Source of the DNA: Lophium mytilinum
Taxonomy: Eukaryota
Direction of reading: 5' to 3'
Assembly: GCA_010093605.1 (NCBI GenBank)
Contig: MU004181.1
Location: 1,798,001-1,862,000, forward strand
Length of the DNA: 64,000 nucleotides
The notes below the pieces were generated by a model. That model made no database searches and had not been told where the DNA came from. It saw nothing but the letters and a program-made list of their open reading frames with translations. The stretch's first letter is position 1. Each line of letters opens with the position of its first letter. Below, in pieces: positions 10,097 through 22,411 of this stretch. The translations under genes and the position numbers were made by a program.

Positions 10097-12307
10097 TTAC
10101 TCTCCATCCGGTGTCCTAGCCTTGACGAAATCAACCAAATCAAAGAAGCTCTTCTTATACCTCCTCTCCTGCGTTGTGCGATTCACGGTCTGCAATCCAA
10201 AACGCGCGTCATAGTCCCCAAACTCCCAATTGTCAGCGAATGACCATGCGAGTGCGCCAACGACATGGACACCATCCTATGACTCAGTCAGTTTCATACT
10301 TGCCCAAGCTCACCAGCCCCTCAAATTTCTCATCAGGAGGACATAGACTCACCTCCCAGATACTTTTCAGAATTTCACTCATAAATGACTGATAATACAC
10401 GCTTCTCGGCGAGTCAAATAGCATGTCCTCAAGCACGGCCTTCTCTGCTTCCGCAAAAACCGGGAATCCGAATTCTGTGACAAACACGGGAGTGTGCCAG
10501 GTGTTGTACAGATAGCTGAGGTACTCGCGGAGATAAGTCGGGGTGATGTAGACGTATGAGTAACTGCGGTACCCGATGTTCCAGCCATTCGTCGTGATGG
10601 TTGATTGGTTGACGCAATAGGGGAAGAAGGGATCCGACGTGTTAGCGGCACATGCTTGGATACCGTAGCTGGGTGCTGAGACTACTGTCGCTGTATACGG
10701 ATCGATGCCTAGGAAATCGGCCGTGCCGTTGAGGTAGGCGAGGTCCTCAGTGGAGAGCGGGACGTAATCGGGAATTGTGGTCTTGTAGGATTCGGGATAG
10801 TCGATACCAAGCATCAGTGGATTGCAGAATGTACCGAGCCTATGATTAGGTTAGCAAGTTGTGCTGTGATAGACCATCAACTAGTAATGCTTACTGAAAC
10901 TCATTAAACCAATTTGTAGCATAAACATCACTCTCATTCTTAGGATCCCGAGGCACGCCGAAGTTGTCGTTGAACTTGATACCAAACTTTCCTGTTCCTT
11001 GCAGGTCTTCGTGATAGAAGTGCCACAGTCGAGCGTGAGCTTTGACGACTGAGTCGATGCTTTTGCCGTTATCGGAATAGAGAAGAGGTTCGTTGAAGCT
11101 AGGAGGGTCAATTCGAGATGCGCGAGTCGTCTCTAGGTCAACATACCTCATCCAGAAAGGAATTCGATCGGCATAGTGAGTAAGCACGATTTTTCCATAG
11201 TTTACAAAAGCGTCCTGGAAGGTCTCATTCTGATAACCACCATTAACATAGCCAATGAGGGCATCATCATAGACGGTGGTCAAGTTTCCGAAGAACTGTA
11301 ATGGAGTATCGAAATGGAACAATGTCACTATAGGAATCATCCCCTTTTCCAAAATGAAGTCGATCAGGTCGTTGTAGTGCTGAATGCCTTCCTGGTTGAC
11401 TGGCGTCCCCGGGAGAGCGAATGGGAGAATCCGAGTCCAAGCGACGGAGAAGGAATAGTACTTGACTCCCATACTTGCAAGCCTTTCAATATCTTGTTTG
11501 TACAGATAGTAGTTCTCGTTCGTGATCTATGGGCAACCATATGTTAGGCTTTGATATTGAGAGAGTTTGAGTAACACACATAATCGCGAGCTTTATCTCC
11601 AGTTTCGAGGACTTCCATTAAGGTTGGACCTCGACCTTCTTGCGCAACCGCTCCTAGAGCTATTTAGTCCCAGTACACTAACAGTCTGTAAGGTACTTAC
11701 CCTCTATTTGAGAAGCAGACCCTGCAACTCCGAATACAAATTCCTCTGGAAAGCTGTAGCAATCCGTGGGCCCAAAGTACTCCGGCGGCGGTAGGACAAG
11801 TTCGCTGGACGCTACCGGTGTGGGGCTAACTGTGGTAGTATAAATCCCGGTCTGCGTAAGATTAGTCACTGTATCCTGATTTGATATATTGGGGATATGG
11901 TGCCATCTACTTACAGCTGTGAAGTTCGTGAGATTTGCCCCGTTCCACAAGGCACTCCACGCCGCAGTGCCATATGCATCGGCTGTATCAGTGGCGGTTG
12001 CTGTGTCATTAGGGTTCCAGCTTCCCCACGTGGTCGTCGAGACATTGGGGACAAGATGACTGAGGGATTCATATGGCTGTGCATATGTAAAGGTAGTGGT
12101 AGGATTTGCTACAGAAGTCGCCGTCCTCAACGTCTCATTCAGCGTAAAGGAAAAAGCTGAGAATCGATACGTGGGCTCGGACGGAGCTGGTTTTGATGAA
12201 CAAAAGGGGCGAGCCGCAGGACCTTGCACCGGGATATAAATTTGCTGAGAACACACGCTGTTCAGTGTCCAGAACACGACGCATAACCGTAATGCCGTGG
12301 TGAACAT
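10097..12307 (-). CDS. Secreted glycoside hydrolase family 1 (beta-glucosidase-like), multi-exon
   Basis: Signal peptide, Ser/Thr-rich N-terminus, FVFGVAGSASQIEG, YSFSVAWTRILP, TLFHFDTP, acid/base SFNEP, nucleophile VTEFG; last exon WSFADNWEFG...RFG ends at TAA 10097-10099. Confidence 0.92.
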
Positions 12308-13494
12308 GATGGAAACGAAGAAGACTCTTTTCTACAGTAGGTTCTACATCTCGTACCCTTCTATTTAAACTCGTATGACTAGTGAAAACTTGAATCATCA
12401 CTGGGACGAAGCGTGACCACAGTTAAGCTCGAATGAGCAATTGCACGCGTAAAATATGGGGTATCTTTGTACCGCGGCCTGGAATTCTTTCTCCCGAAAG
12501 CCCTGGACGTCATCTTGTGGGGAAGAGATTGGATGGAGATTCGTTCCTGGAAGAAAGTTGAAGGCGGGGAAGCTTGGCGGCCTTGGCATTCCTCGTCGTT
12601 CGGAGGAAATTCGGCCCGAAACGACGGCATTTCTGACGGCGATTGCGAATGTCGCCTGCTCACTGCATATATATAATGCTAACTTCCATTAATGCTGTCC
12701 TACATCAGCCTTCTGTGCGAGATTGTTTTTTCGCGTCATCCAGATGGAATTATGGGTCTTGCTCGTGACGACTCCCACTGACATTTCAATATTCTGGAAG
12801 GCATCAATGCATCGCTGCTCGGCTTTCTGTCCCATCTTCGTAAAATTCTATTCGATGGTTGATTCATGCCGCCGTCGGCGTTGACAGTCCCGCCGACGAC
12901 GCCCGAAAGCCGTCATGATGTCTGGATTGAGACACGAGGCTTTACGACAGCCTTGGAAAGCACCTGTTGATTAATCATCTTACCAGTGCCCACACCGCTT
13001 TTGCTACAAAGACTCAGCGTGGATGGCGAAATAGGGTCAGTTACATGCCACAACAGGAAGTCTACTCTTAGGGTCTACCTAGGTACGACCTATTGCTAAT
13101 CAGACAGCCTGCTCCTTCACCTGTAGGCAGGGATTTGAGGAACTCGACCAGTGGCATGGATGGACTGCACTTGCAAGCAATAACAACAACCCGACATGTG
13201 TAGTGCTAGCTGCAGGAAAGTATAGCCTCGAGATTCTATTGGATATTCTCAGCCACTGCGCTACTAGCACATGTATCAGCTCAGTGATTACAAACCCGAC
13301 TCGCCAGTTCTCAAGCTGTGAGCCTTGGAAATCTGGGAGACCAAGCTGCGTATAAAAGAGAGACAGAATCTTCTTTTAGGAGGCAGACATCAGCTTGAAA
13401 TCTCCCAAAAAGCACTTCGTTCCAATACCTCCAACTTTCCAAGTCCCCTCAGGAATCCTTCCATTAACTCATTTTCTCTGTCCCAACCGCAAGT

Positions 13495-14007
13495 ATGGGT
13501 GTCCCATTCTACAACCTCACTGTGCCTGTCTTCGTCCGCGCCTTCGCCAATCTCTCCGCCATCCTCAAAATCGCCGAAGCCCACGCCAAAACCAACAATA
13601 TCGACCCCTCAACGCTCCTTGAAGCACGCCTCTACCCAGACATGGCCTCGCTCCCCTTCCAGATCCAGCGCTGCAGCGACTCCGCCAAACTCGCGGCCGT
13701 CCGCCTTTCAGGCGCCGAGAACGTGTCCATGGCCGACACTGAAACCACATTTGAACAGCTTCATGAGCGCATCCAGAAGACAGTCGACTTTCTGCAGGCT
13801 ACAGATGAGAAGGCATGGGAGGGGAAGGAGACGTTTCTGGTGAACTTCAGAATGGGTCCAATCGAGAAGACGTATTCAGGAGAGAGATATATGCTGGAGT
13901 TTGCTCTTCCGAACTTTTTCTTCCATGTGACGACGGCGTACGATATCTTGAGGAGCAAGGGCGTGCCGATTGGGAAGATGCAGTATTTGGCTGGAGGATT
14001 CATGTGA
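13495..14007 (+). CDS. DUF1993 family protein (DinB-like fold)
   Basis: ARLYPDMASLPFQIQ, ETTFEQLHERIQKT, ALPNFFFHVTTAYDILRSKGVPIGK; intronless. Confidence 0.88.
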   Translation: MGVPFYNLTVPVFVRAFANLSAILKIAEAHAKTNNIDPSTLLEARLYPDMASLPFQIQRCSDSAKLAAVRLSGAENVSMADTETTFEQLHERIQKTVDFLQATDEKAWEGKETFLVNFRMGPIEKTYSGERYMLEFALPNFFFHVTTAYDILRSKGVPIGKMQYLAGGFM

Positions 14008-14378
14008 GGGGACTACGTAGCGTTGTCGTGATGGTCACGGGGTGAGAGTTGCATCACTGAAAAGGGCGAGTTTCCGGTATCGTTCTTTCAAGGTAGCAAA
14101 GCATAGAAGGCCTTAAAATCTACTGTTTTCGACCATCTGAGCGAACGGAAGAATCCTACAAATGCAAGACAATACGTTAGCCAAAACAAGCTGCCAGTAC
14201 CCCTGACCCGCACTTTCTATGATAACTAATTTTTCCTCAAATGTACTTTTATCGACCATCTAAGCAGTCGAAAGAAGGTAATGCGATTCATGCAAACCAA
14301 GCCACTGCTCTAACCAAAACAGGCTTCCAGTACCCTTGCACTCACTTTTCCACGATGACCAATTCCAAAGCCCCTGAC

Positions 14379-15566
14379 TCAATGCACAACAACCGCAGCC
14401 ACAAGGGCATCCATCGCCGAACAATGCGTCGACGCATTAACGGGATCTACGAACGGGCCCGCCCAGTTCACGCTCAGCATATCCCCTTGATTCCGATCAT
14501 TCTTCCATATGCTATTCGCAGACGCCTGAATGACTCTGACATACTCCTGGTGCGGCGCAACGCTATGCAGCGCTTGCAGATTCCTCACAAAGATGCCCTT
14601 GAATTGCGTCCCGTCCGGCGCACAATTGGGTTCGCATCCATAGTCATGAACGACGCCATTCGTGTCTGTCAAGGCAGAAATCGCGGCCGCGGCGATTTTT
14701 GCTGCGGCAAGCAGGTAGCTGGAATCCGGGGCGGCTTTGTTGAGTTCGACGAGGCCGCCGAGGACAACGCCTTGGTTGTAAGTCCACACGGTCTGACCGT
14801 TGTTCTTGCAATCGAGGGTGAGGCCGTCGTTGATAGTGTTGTTGGCATTTATCATGCCGCTAGCTTTGAACCATTTCCATTCTTTTTGCGCCCAGTTCAC
14901 GTAGTAGGCTTTGTTGGGCACGCGGTTGGCTAAATGAGCGGCTACGCTGAGGAAGAGCTCGTTTGCAATTGCGTTTGCATAGTCGTGTTTGTAGGACCAC
15001 CATATGCCCCCGTTAATGCAGTTGGTGGGCCAGCCAGCCGTCATGCCCTCGAAGATACCGATGGCTGTCTGCAGGTAGTCTTGGTTCTTGGTGATGTCGT
15101 ATGCAGCAATCCAAGCAAGCGCCCACCAGCCGTCGTCATCATAGTAGCCGTCTAGCCATTCTGAAGCGTTGACTTGGCCTGGATGACCATAATGTCCGGG
15201 AGGCCAGTGGTGCGGCCAGGACGGCGGGTAGTACGTGTGTGGCTCGCCATTGGTGTTGACTTTCTCGATTCCTGGAGCTGGATTCACGGCTGGCGCGACG
15301 ACGTAGGTGTTGTTGAAGACATGTGTAGCTAAGGGGACAACCGATTTATCGATCGCCGCAAAGTCTGCGAGCATAGTCAGGCAATTCGCTCCATTCCACC
15401 ATCCTGCTGTGTCCCAGATGCCGCTCGTCTCATTGTACCATGCAGCCTGTAGAGTATTGAGGGAAGTAGTTGCCTTGGACTCGGCAGACTGAGCAAAGAC
15501 TTGTGTGTTTTTTGCAAGCAATAGAAGGAAGGAAGCGGACACGGAGGTTAAGAAGTGAAGAAGCAT
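14379..15566 (-). CDS. Secreted glycoside hydrolase family 76 (alpha-1,6-mannanase-like)
   Basis: Signal peptide from MLLHFL (15566); catalytic YYDDDGWW, GGIWW, NAIANELF, WTYNQG, FKGIFVRNL. Confidence 0.92.
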   Translation of the reverse strand: MLLHFLTSVSASFLLLLAKNTQVFAQSAESKATTSLNTLQAAWYNETSGIWDTAGWWNGANCLTMLADFAAIDKSVVPLATHVFNNTYVVAPAVNPAPGIEKVNTNGEPHTYYPPSWPHHWPPGHYGHPGQVNASEWLDGYYDDDGWWALAWIAAYDITKNQDYLQTAIGIFEGMTAGWPTNCINGGIWWSYKHDYANAIANELFLSVAAHLANRVPNKAYYVNWAQKEWKWFKASGMINANNTINDGLTLDCKNNGQTVWTYNQGVVLGGLVELNKAAPDSSYLLAAAKIAAAAISALTDTNGVVHDYGCEPNCAPDGTQFKGIFVRNLQALHSVAPHQEYVRVIQASANSIWKNDRNQGDMLSVNWAGPFVDPVNASTHCSAMDALVAAVVVH

Positions 15567-16592
15567 GTTGGCCCAGGGCTCGGGCTGCTGGCCACAGTTC
15601 TGGGGTATCGTGCCGTCTAATGGACATGATGGAACCATCTTGTGACCCTGTGGCATTCTATATTTGGTGAGAAGACCCAGAATAGTCCCTGCTGTACCTA
15701 GTCGGGCGGGGAAGGGACATGGGGTGATGGAGGATTCGGCCCTAGTTGTCACGAGAATCAAAGTCGTGTCCTCCCCTGCCTCCAGCAGTAAAGTAGCGAG
15801 GATATGAGAACCAATCGTCAGCCCGGCGTGTCCGAGACCGGTACTCTTCATGTGTCTGAGAGGAAATGGTCGGGTTCAAAGTCAGGCCGTCAGCTGCAGA
15901 TCATCCTAGAGAGATGATCCTTGGAAGGTTGGACGTCACTGTAGGGGGGGGGCGTTATTTAACTCGACTCGGATTACGATGTCTGGTGCTACAAGGTAGA
16001 ACACTCAATGAAGAACGCGTAAGCATCCCTTTGACGCGTTGAACATGTCCTGGGAAGACAACGAAGAAGCAGTGTTGTTGGGAGGTGATCGTGCTCAGTT
16101 GCACGCCCAAGATGCGGTGTTCACGCGAAGTCTCCGGCGCTTTGGGGCGGTAAATGTTCAGGCAAATTGAAAGAGATGACAGGCTTTATTTATGCTTTCA
16201 TAGGTGAGTCAAGGCTATTCGAGCAGTGACAGGCACGTTCATATTCTGCGGACGTAGTCAATAGTCTTAAGTTACTCTGCAAGGCGAGTGTAAAAACACC
16301 AGAATGCTCTACCGCAGCCAGGGAATCATGCTCATGTTTTGTAGTGGACAAGTTCTTGAGCCATGCAGAACTTAGACAATTACAGTCGGCTATCTACTAT
16401 ATACAAACGTACACAATGTCTCCATGTTTTCAGCGCAACCATTTCGTTTGTAGTCTGGTTGCTCGTGACGTCCATGGTTATCTAAAGGTCATTATAATGC
16501 CCATCCCTCCTATCAATAGCATCCAGTTTTCATAATTTGCATCCGCAAAATCGGGTATATCCAAGGGTATCATCTACGACATTATCCCTCCC

Positions 16593-17471
16593 TCACATAA
16601 CCACACAGCATCCGCGTAGGGCCCTTATGCAACCAGGCAGGACCTTCTTGACCACTTGCTCAATCTCTTCGTTCTGGTTCTGCTGCTGATTCTGGTTCTG
16701 GTTCTGGTGTTGGCCTCCATGCTGCTGCTGTTGCCCACCGTGAGATTGTCCCTGTCCACCATGGTACTGTCCCTGTCCGCCATGCTGTTGTCCACCACCG
16801 TAATGCGGTGCAGGAGGCATCACCGCAGCTCCACCTTGCAAATTGATATACATCCGACCCTCGTTCTCCTCAGTGGCATATTGTAAACCGAGTTCTTGGC
16901 ACACTTGCTCAACGCGAGGCTTAATTTTCTGGACGTGATTTCGCGAGTGGTTTCCTTTGCCTACAATGCTACAGGTCGAATTAGCTAACACAATCTACCA
17001 AGCAGCAGTCGTAATTAGATGGTAGAGACTCACACATGCAAATGCGTCTGCCCATTCTGTTGCGCGTATCGAATCCTTTGCTCCAGAATCTCTTCTGCCT
17101 CCTCAACAAACTGCCCGTGAAGGTCAATGGTGTCGCCACCCACTCTACCAACAGCATTGTTCTCCCTGAATATATAGTCGGAGGCCTGTTTGTTGTACTG
17201 ATCCATCTGCGCCGCATGTTGTTTCCCTTCCTCAGACAGTTGATGCGCTAGACCGCCATTCCCAGACTCGTAAGCTTGATGTGCGCGGTCGAAGCATGAG
17301 CTACGTTTCGCGGCTTCTTGGCGCGCCGCATCGCGAAGGCGGTCATATTCGGCTTCTGCGCCAGAATTGTCGTGGTTGAGGGCTACCGTTGAGGTGAGTG
17401 GCTGGCAGATCGCGTCAAGGTAGAGTTTGGCGCTTACCACGACCGCCTAGTCTTGTCATTGGAATTGCCAT
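16593..17471 (-). CDS. DUF1771 + Smr-domain protein with Gly/Gln/His repeats and C-terminal CaaX
   Basis: Three exons (introns ~17383-17437 and ~16970-17034); IDLHGQFVEEA and IVGKGNHS Smr motifs; ends CCVVM*. Confidence 0.88.
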
Positions 17472-18559
17472 TATAGATGTATTCGAGGAAGAATGTTATT
17501 AATAAAGGAATATTGGCGACGCAGGTACAATGTTGATTTGAGACCGGGGTGTTGCTGTGAAGGGTGAGGCTGTAATGCAGGCGCGGGCCGAGGATCCATC
17601 GAGATCGCCGCCAAGAGACCTTAGCCCATTCCGCACATAGACGTCTCACGTTCAGCAACCTCGACGAGATTGCATACAACATAACCAGTTTTTATCGTAG
17701 CTCCCTGGATTATATTCTGTCCAAACATGTCACATACGTCTACCTTCGTACGATGCCTTTTCGCCCATAGGGTAATTTTTAAGCTTTTCATGTCACTCCG
17801 CACATAAAAGTCTCAAAACTCTAGTCCATATGGACGCGTCTCACTGCGGATAGTTTACCGAGAAAGTTGCACGAAAGACTCGAGGAGTCAGTAGCTGATC
17901 TAATAAGGGCGATCTCAAATCGTTGCGGCTAGCTAGTAAGATGACACCGGAATTGGGGCATGGCGCGAGCAACCTTGATGAAACCGGTTTCATCACAACT
18001 GGCCTTGATAGCTGATTTTTAAGTCTTGAAGTACTTAGACATGCTACGTAAGGTTGCTCTAATTGATATTCGTTTGCCAAGCCTAAAATGTCGGAAGCTC
18101 GCAAATCACTGTAAAATCGCATCTGCTCTGGTTCCCTCTGAGTTACGTACACGAAAATCAAGTTTGGCTTGCTTACTAGACATGCAAGAGTCTTGACCCA
18201 TTCAGAGACAGACCTAGAACCTAGGGCAATTGATACACGAAGATAGTCTCAGCTACCTTCTGCGATTCAGTGTACAAGAAGCTCACGCAACCTACTCCTC
18301 AGCACGATTGCAGTACTAGGAAGTCGTACTCGTTGTAAGTAACCAATACCTTGTCAAGCTCGCTGTTATATGGTGGAAGCCTATCCGTCGAAAAGAAATC
18401 CTCCGCTCCAGTCGGACATCACTTAAGGGTACCCGAAAAGGCGACATGACTTTTTGAGGGTGTGGGACGTTTCAAGTTTTTCGAGGTTGGCAACCAATGA
18501 AGCTTGACGAGGCTTGCCAACTAAGCAGCAAGCCGCTTGAAAACTCTTCGCCGATCATC

Positions 18560-19499
18560 GTCCTCGAACAATCACACACCTACCTGTCTTCGTTCTCACA
18601 ACTCCGATGACACGTTCCAAACTTCATTCGCGCTTTGTCGAAGTCTCTTAACGCGTTCCCATCGACGTGTTCACAAGCTTGCTGCCTTGTATCGCCCTAT
18701 GAGCCTTATCTGAACGGACTTTTCGTTATCAGGGCTGCTCCAGAATTGCCACTTCCAACCGGACCTTCTCGTTGACACTGCCATCATGGAACAGCCAGCG
18801 AACGGCCTGTTGAAGTCTATCATCGAGTTCTCGAAGCCGACGCCCGCCCTAAAGGACATTCGCGTAAAGTGCGACGGAATGCTCGTCCTGTCCACGTATG
18901 AGTCCTACATCAACGAAGGTCGGAGATCAGTAGAAGCCACTGCACAAACACAGACCCTCAACATGGAGGTGTCATCTATCAGCGGCGATGAAATCGCACT
19001 TTCAAGAGCGGTTGCACGAGTCGTGGTTAAAGCAAGTGATCTCGAGGTTCTCCAACTCCAGTGGCGCGATAACTCGATACCACTCTGATCCTGTGTCTCG
19101 AATGGCCACAATCCCCTCAGCTTCCTAATGGACTCATCGTGCCCAAAACTACGAGAGTTATCGTTGACTAGAACAATCGTCGAAGGATTAGTGTTTCTAG
19201 ACTTCTTGGAATCACACGCACGAAGTCTTCGCAGCGTGTCCTTGGTGGACATCTATCTTCAGCCAACTAGGCGGTGGAAAGAAATCATTCGACACATTCC
19301 GAGCATATTGTTGCTAGAGACAATCCACCTTCGAAACCTTTGGGATGCGGACACGGATAATACTCGGGGCCTGTTGTTGGATGGATTTGATGGCGTTCAC
19401 GACGCGTCAATCATGGACTTTTGTTTAGGCAAAAGCAAGTCTCTAGTGATGGATCATGAAGAATGGCTTCGAACGTGCGTGATAACTCTCATTTTGTAA
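18560..19499 (+). pseudogene. Decayed LRR/RNI-like (F-box-associated type) gene, copy 1
   Basis: One reading frame interrupted by TGA at 18711 and 19086; LEVLQLQW, PKLRELSL, SLRSVSLVDIYL, LETIHLRNLW repeats; paralogous to 20846-21541. 5' boundary approximate. Confidence 0.55.
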
Positions 19500-20053
19500 C
19501 TTGCTCTTACCATCGCTCGACGCGGCTCAACAGGTCGTCAACGGCCTAGCTGCTATCTAAACTTACTACGACCTAAGGTTCGACTTGGTTTTGTGGCATT
19601 CTTGATGGACAAGAGCGACACGGAAGTAGTGGTGGACTATCGGTCAAGATCTAGTACACATTCTGACACAATGATCTAGCAACCGTCCTGCATCTACAGA
19701 GACGAACACAGAACCGCAAGGTGTCGATATGCATGATTCGCCCGCTGCTCGTAGTGCCTCGTCTTCGGTCAGGTCGGTGTCTCGTCCTCCGCGCCTCGGG
19801 AATGGCAAGGTCAAGGTTGCCAACTCAAATCCTCGTGCATCTGGGATGTCAACTAGAGCTGCCCCGTCTCCCCCTGCTGACTCGGCACCGGGGTCGTCTG
19901 CCTCAAACCGTCTAAGCAACTATGAGGCATTCGAGTGTGCCGATAAGCTCCGCATACCGTGGGTGCGGAGTAATACCAAGTCACGGGTGTCGTACATCAT
20001 GACAGGTATTGGCAAATGATGGTATTTGTCCCCAGACGAAGTAACAGCACGGA

Positions 20054-20395
20054 GTGCGAAAAGACGAGGGCACTGTGGGGCACATTGCTCGTATAATGGA
20101 GACAGAGCTTGGGGAACAGTTTCTTGGAGATGATAAATGCACTCAGTGCAAGCGGAGAGGGTTTGAATGCTGGGCATACTCCAAAGAGGCCCTAGGGCAA
20201 GTGAACCGAGGTGGAGTGGCCTGCGCTCGTTGTCGTCACAGCCCCATCAGCAGATGCAGCCTCTCCCCATATCCGGGACGTGGGAAAAGAGGCAGGCGGA
20301 CGAGGAGCGAGGCATTAGCCATTGTTGATCTGGGTAGTGGGAGTCCTGATGAGGTTTCTGATGAGTGGAATAACCCGGATGATGAGAGCGAGTGA
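20054..20395 (+). pseudogene. Zn(II)2Cys6-like Cys-cluster fragment, copy 1
   Basis: CTQC-x6-C...CARC-x7-C; separated from upstream ORF 19729-20019 by a stop and a frame change. Confidence 0.45.
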
Positions 20396-20845
20396 GTCTT
20401 GTGAGAGCTACTCATGTAGGGTAAGTTTTAACAGTAGCGAGTTATTCACAAGAGGCCGGGGACTTCATTCAGCTACTGAGGTTATGATAAGATCTGACAA
20501 CGTTCAGATAAGGCAGTTGACCGCTGGGGTCATCAGGCGGTTATCTCTCCTCTTCTTCGTAGCTATTCAGATCAATAATTCGGAAGGAATTATGGAAGCT
20601 GTGGAAGGTCTAGCCTCAGCTCTTGCCGTCGGTCGAGTCACGATTCCTTACTGCAAACCGCTCCGTCAGATCTTCAGCTTCTTGACCACTCCCGCCATCG
20701 ACACTCTACTCTCGGTATCCACTATTCGTTGACATTTCACTCTCGATTACCACTAATCGCTTGTATTTCACTGCTGGCATTCTGATCGACTCAATAAACG
20801 CCCTCTCCACGTTGCTAGACCGCGACAGACGCCTTTCATCAAGAC

Positions 20846-21541
20846 ATGGACAGCACGAACCGGACAGCTCTGTATCTGCGCGAACAAATCGTCGCAGTCT
20901 GCAGGTTTCCAGGCTTGAAGAGACTCCAGTTGGCTTGCAATGACATAAGCATCGTGCCATTGACTCACAATGCCTATACTGCGGATGACGAGCGGTGGAC
21001 AACCGCGATCACCCACATAAAACAACTCGACTTACGAGTGATGTACTCTAGCGGTCAAGACACAAGTCAACTTGCGAAATCAATCGCTATCTTCATCTCC
21101 AGTGCAAACGAACTCGAGGTTCTCCATCTGCGATGGACGCAAGATTCTGAAGATGAAGAAGGCTGCCACGATATCTTAAAGAATCTGGAACAGCGAATAT
21201 TTCCAAGCCTCCAAGAAGTCTCGTTATCAAAATCGTTCACAACGGCCCAGAGTCTCTACGACTTGCTCCACCGACACAAGTCGAGTATCCGCAGCATTTC
21301 CTTGCGTGACATGTATATGCGGCCATCGATTGGGTCTGGAGATTGGAATTCGGTTTTGCGAGAACTCCCAGGTATTGTGGACTTGGAGAAGATATCCCTT
21401 TGGAACCTCTGGGAGATCTACAGAGATTCTAAAACAAGGGTCACTGAACTGGAAATGTATGAGCCATGGATTCTTGCATGCTGTCAGAGTAAGAGAGATG
21501 GACTTTCAATGCCGGTCTATTCGGAATGGCTCCAAAAGTAA
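20846..21541 (+). CDS. LRR/RNI-like protein or N-truncated remnant, copy 2
   Basis: LKRLQL, LEVLHLRW, FPSLQEVSL, SIRSISLRDMYM, LEKISLWNLW; in-frame TAG at 20816 just upstream. Confidence 0.5.
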   Translation: MDSTNRTALYLREQIVAVCRFPGLKRLQLACNDISIVPLTHNAYTADDERWTTAITHIKQLDLRVMYSSGQDTSQLAKSIAIFISSANELEVLHLRWTQDSEDEEGCHDILKNLEQRIFPSLQEVSLSKSFTTAQSLYDLLHRHKSSIRSISLRDMYMRPSIGSGDWNSVLRELPGIVDLEKISLWNLWEIYRDSKTRVTELEMYEPWILACCQSKRDGLSMPVYSEWLQK

Positions 21542-21814
21542 GAGACCCCAATATCGTATAACTGTAGTCGGGACACTGACATAACATAGTCATAGGGCCA
21601 CTAATGACACCGCCTCTGATCCTACTGCTCCGACTACTCCTCCAGGAAAAGACTAGGTACGCGAACGGGTCTTCTCTTGGTAGTCCTATGTCTAAGGTAT
21701 CAGCCCTTCTCTTTACAAATGTCCGAGATCCCGACAAGCTTTCGTAGTGCGCTAACGCTTTCATAGCATAGGAGCAAAGACTGACCCACGATACATTCCT
21801 ACTGCTGTCGATAA

Positions 21815-22060
21815 GTGGGGGTTTCGGTGGATACCAAGATGCCGGAACCCTTCTCTACGATCGCAAAGCGGTATTGGAGTCACCTTACCCGAGTCATGAA
21901 GACAGAACTAGGAGAACACTTTTTTGGGACGGATAGATGTAAACTTTGTGGGCGCGATGGTCGAGAATGCTGGGTATGCTCTAGTAGGGGCATATGTCTA
22001 CATTATTCTGACACTGCTTGAGGTGTGTTAGAGTAATTCCAAGAATAAAATTAGACGGCA
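21815..22060 (+). pseudogene. Cys-cluster fragment, copy 2
   Basis: LTRVMKTELGEHFFGTDRCKLC-x6-CW aligns with IARIMETELGEQFLGDDKCTQC-x6-CW; the second CxxC (CLRC) falls in a shifted frame near 22015. Confidence 0.45.
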
Positions 22061-22411
22061 GTCTAGCATATCGAGCGTCCAGTAGACCCGTGAGGCAACC
22101 CATGAGGCAACCTCTGGCAGCGGCAGGAGTGGACGCGAGATTGAAGCGCAACTGGCTACTCTACTTATCAGTTAGTACATTGAAGACTATGCGCGGGTAT
22201 GGTGGGGGGGCACTGTACATCACCTTTTAGTGGCCTAAATAATAGAGTTAGAATAGATGAAACCCCGAGAACGTTTCCCACTTTTACAAGAGGTAGACAT
22301 GATACATTAAGGGTTGGATATTAGCAGCTATAGTAACTCATACACCCCTATATTGAAAACACATCATGATTCATACATCAATACTTATCGAGCCCAATTC
22401 CGCCAAAAGAG

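Noticed and set aside
14241..14933. 230-aa ORF antisense to GH76 (and similar antisense ORFs elsewhere)
   Set aside because: Shadow of codon bias on the opposite strand of a well-supported gene.
19086..19088. Programmed readthrough or selenocysteine at the in-frame TGA
   Set aside because: A second in-frame TGA (18711) and decay of the whole module favour pseudogenisation.
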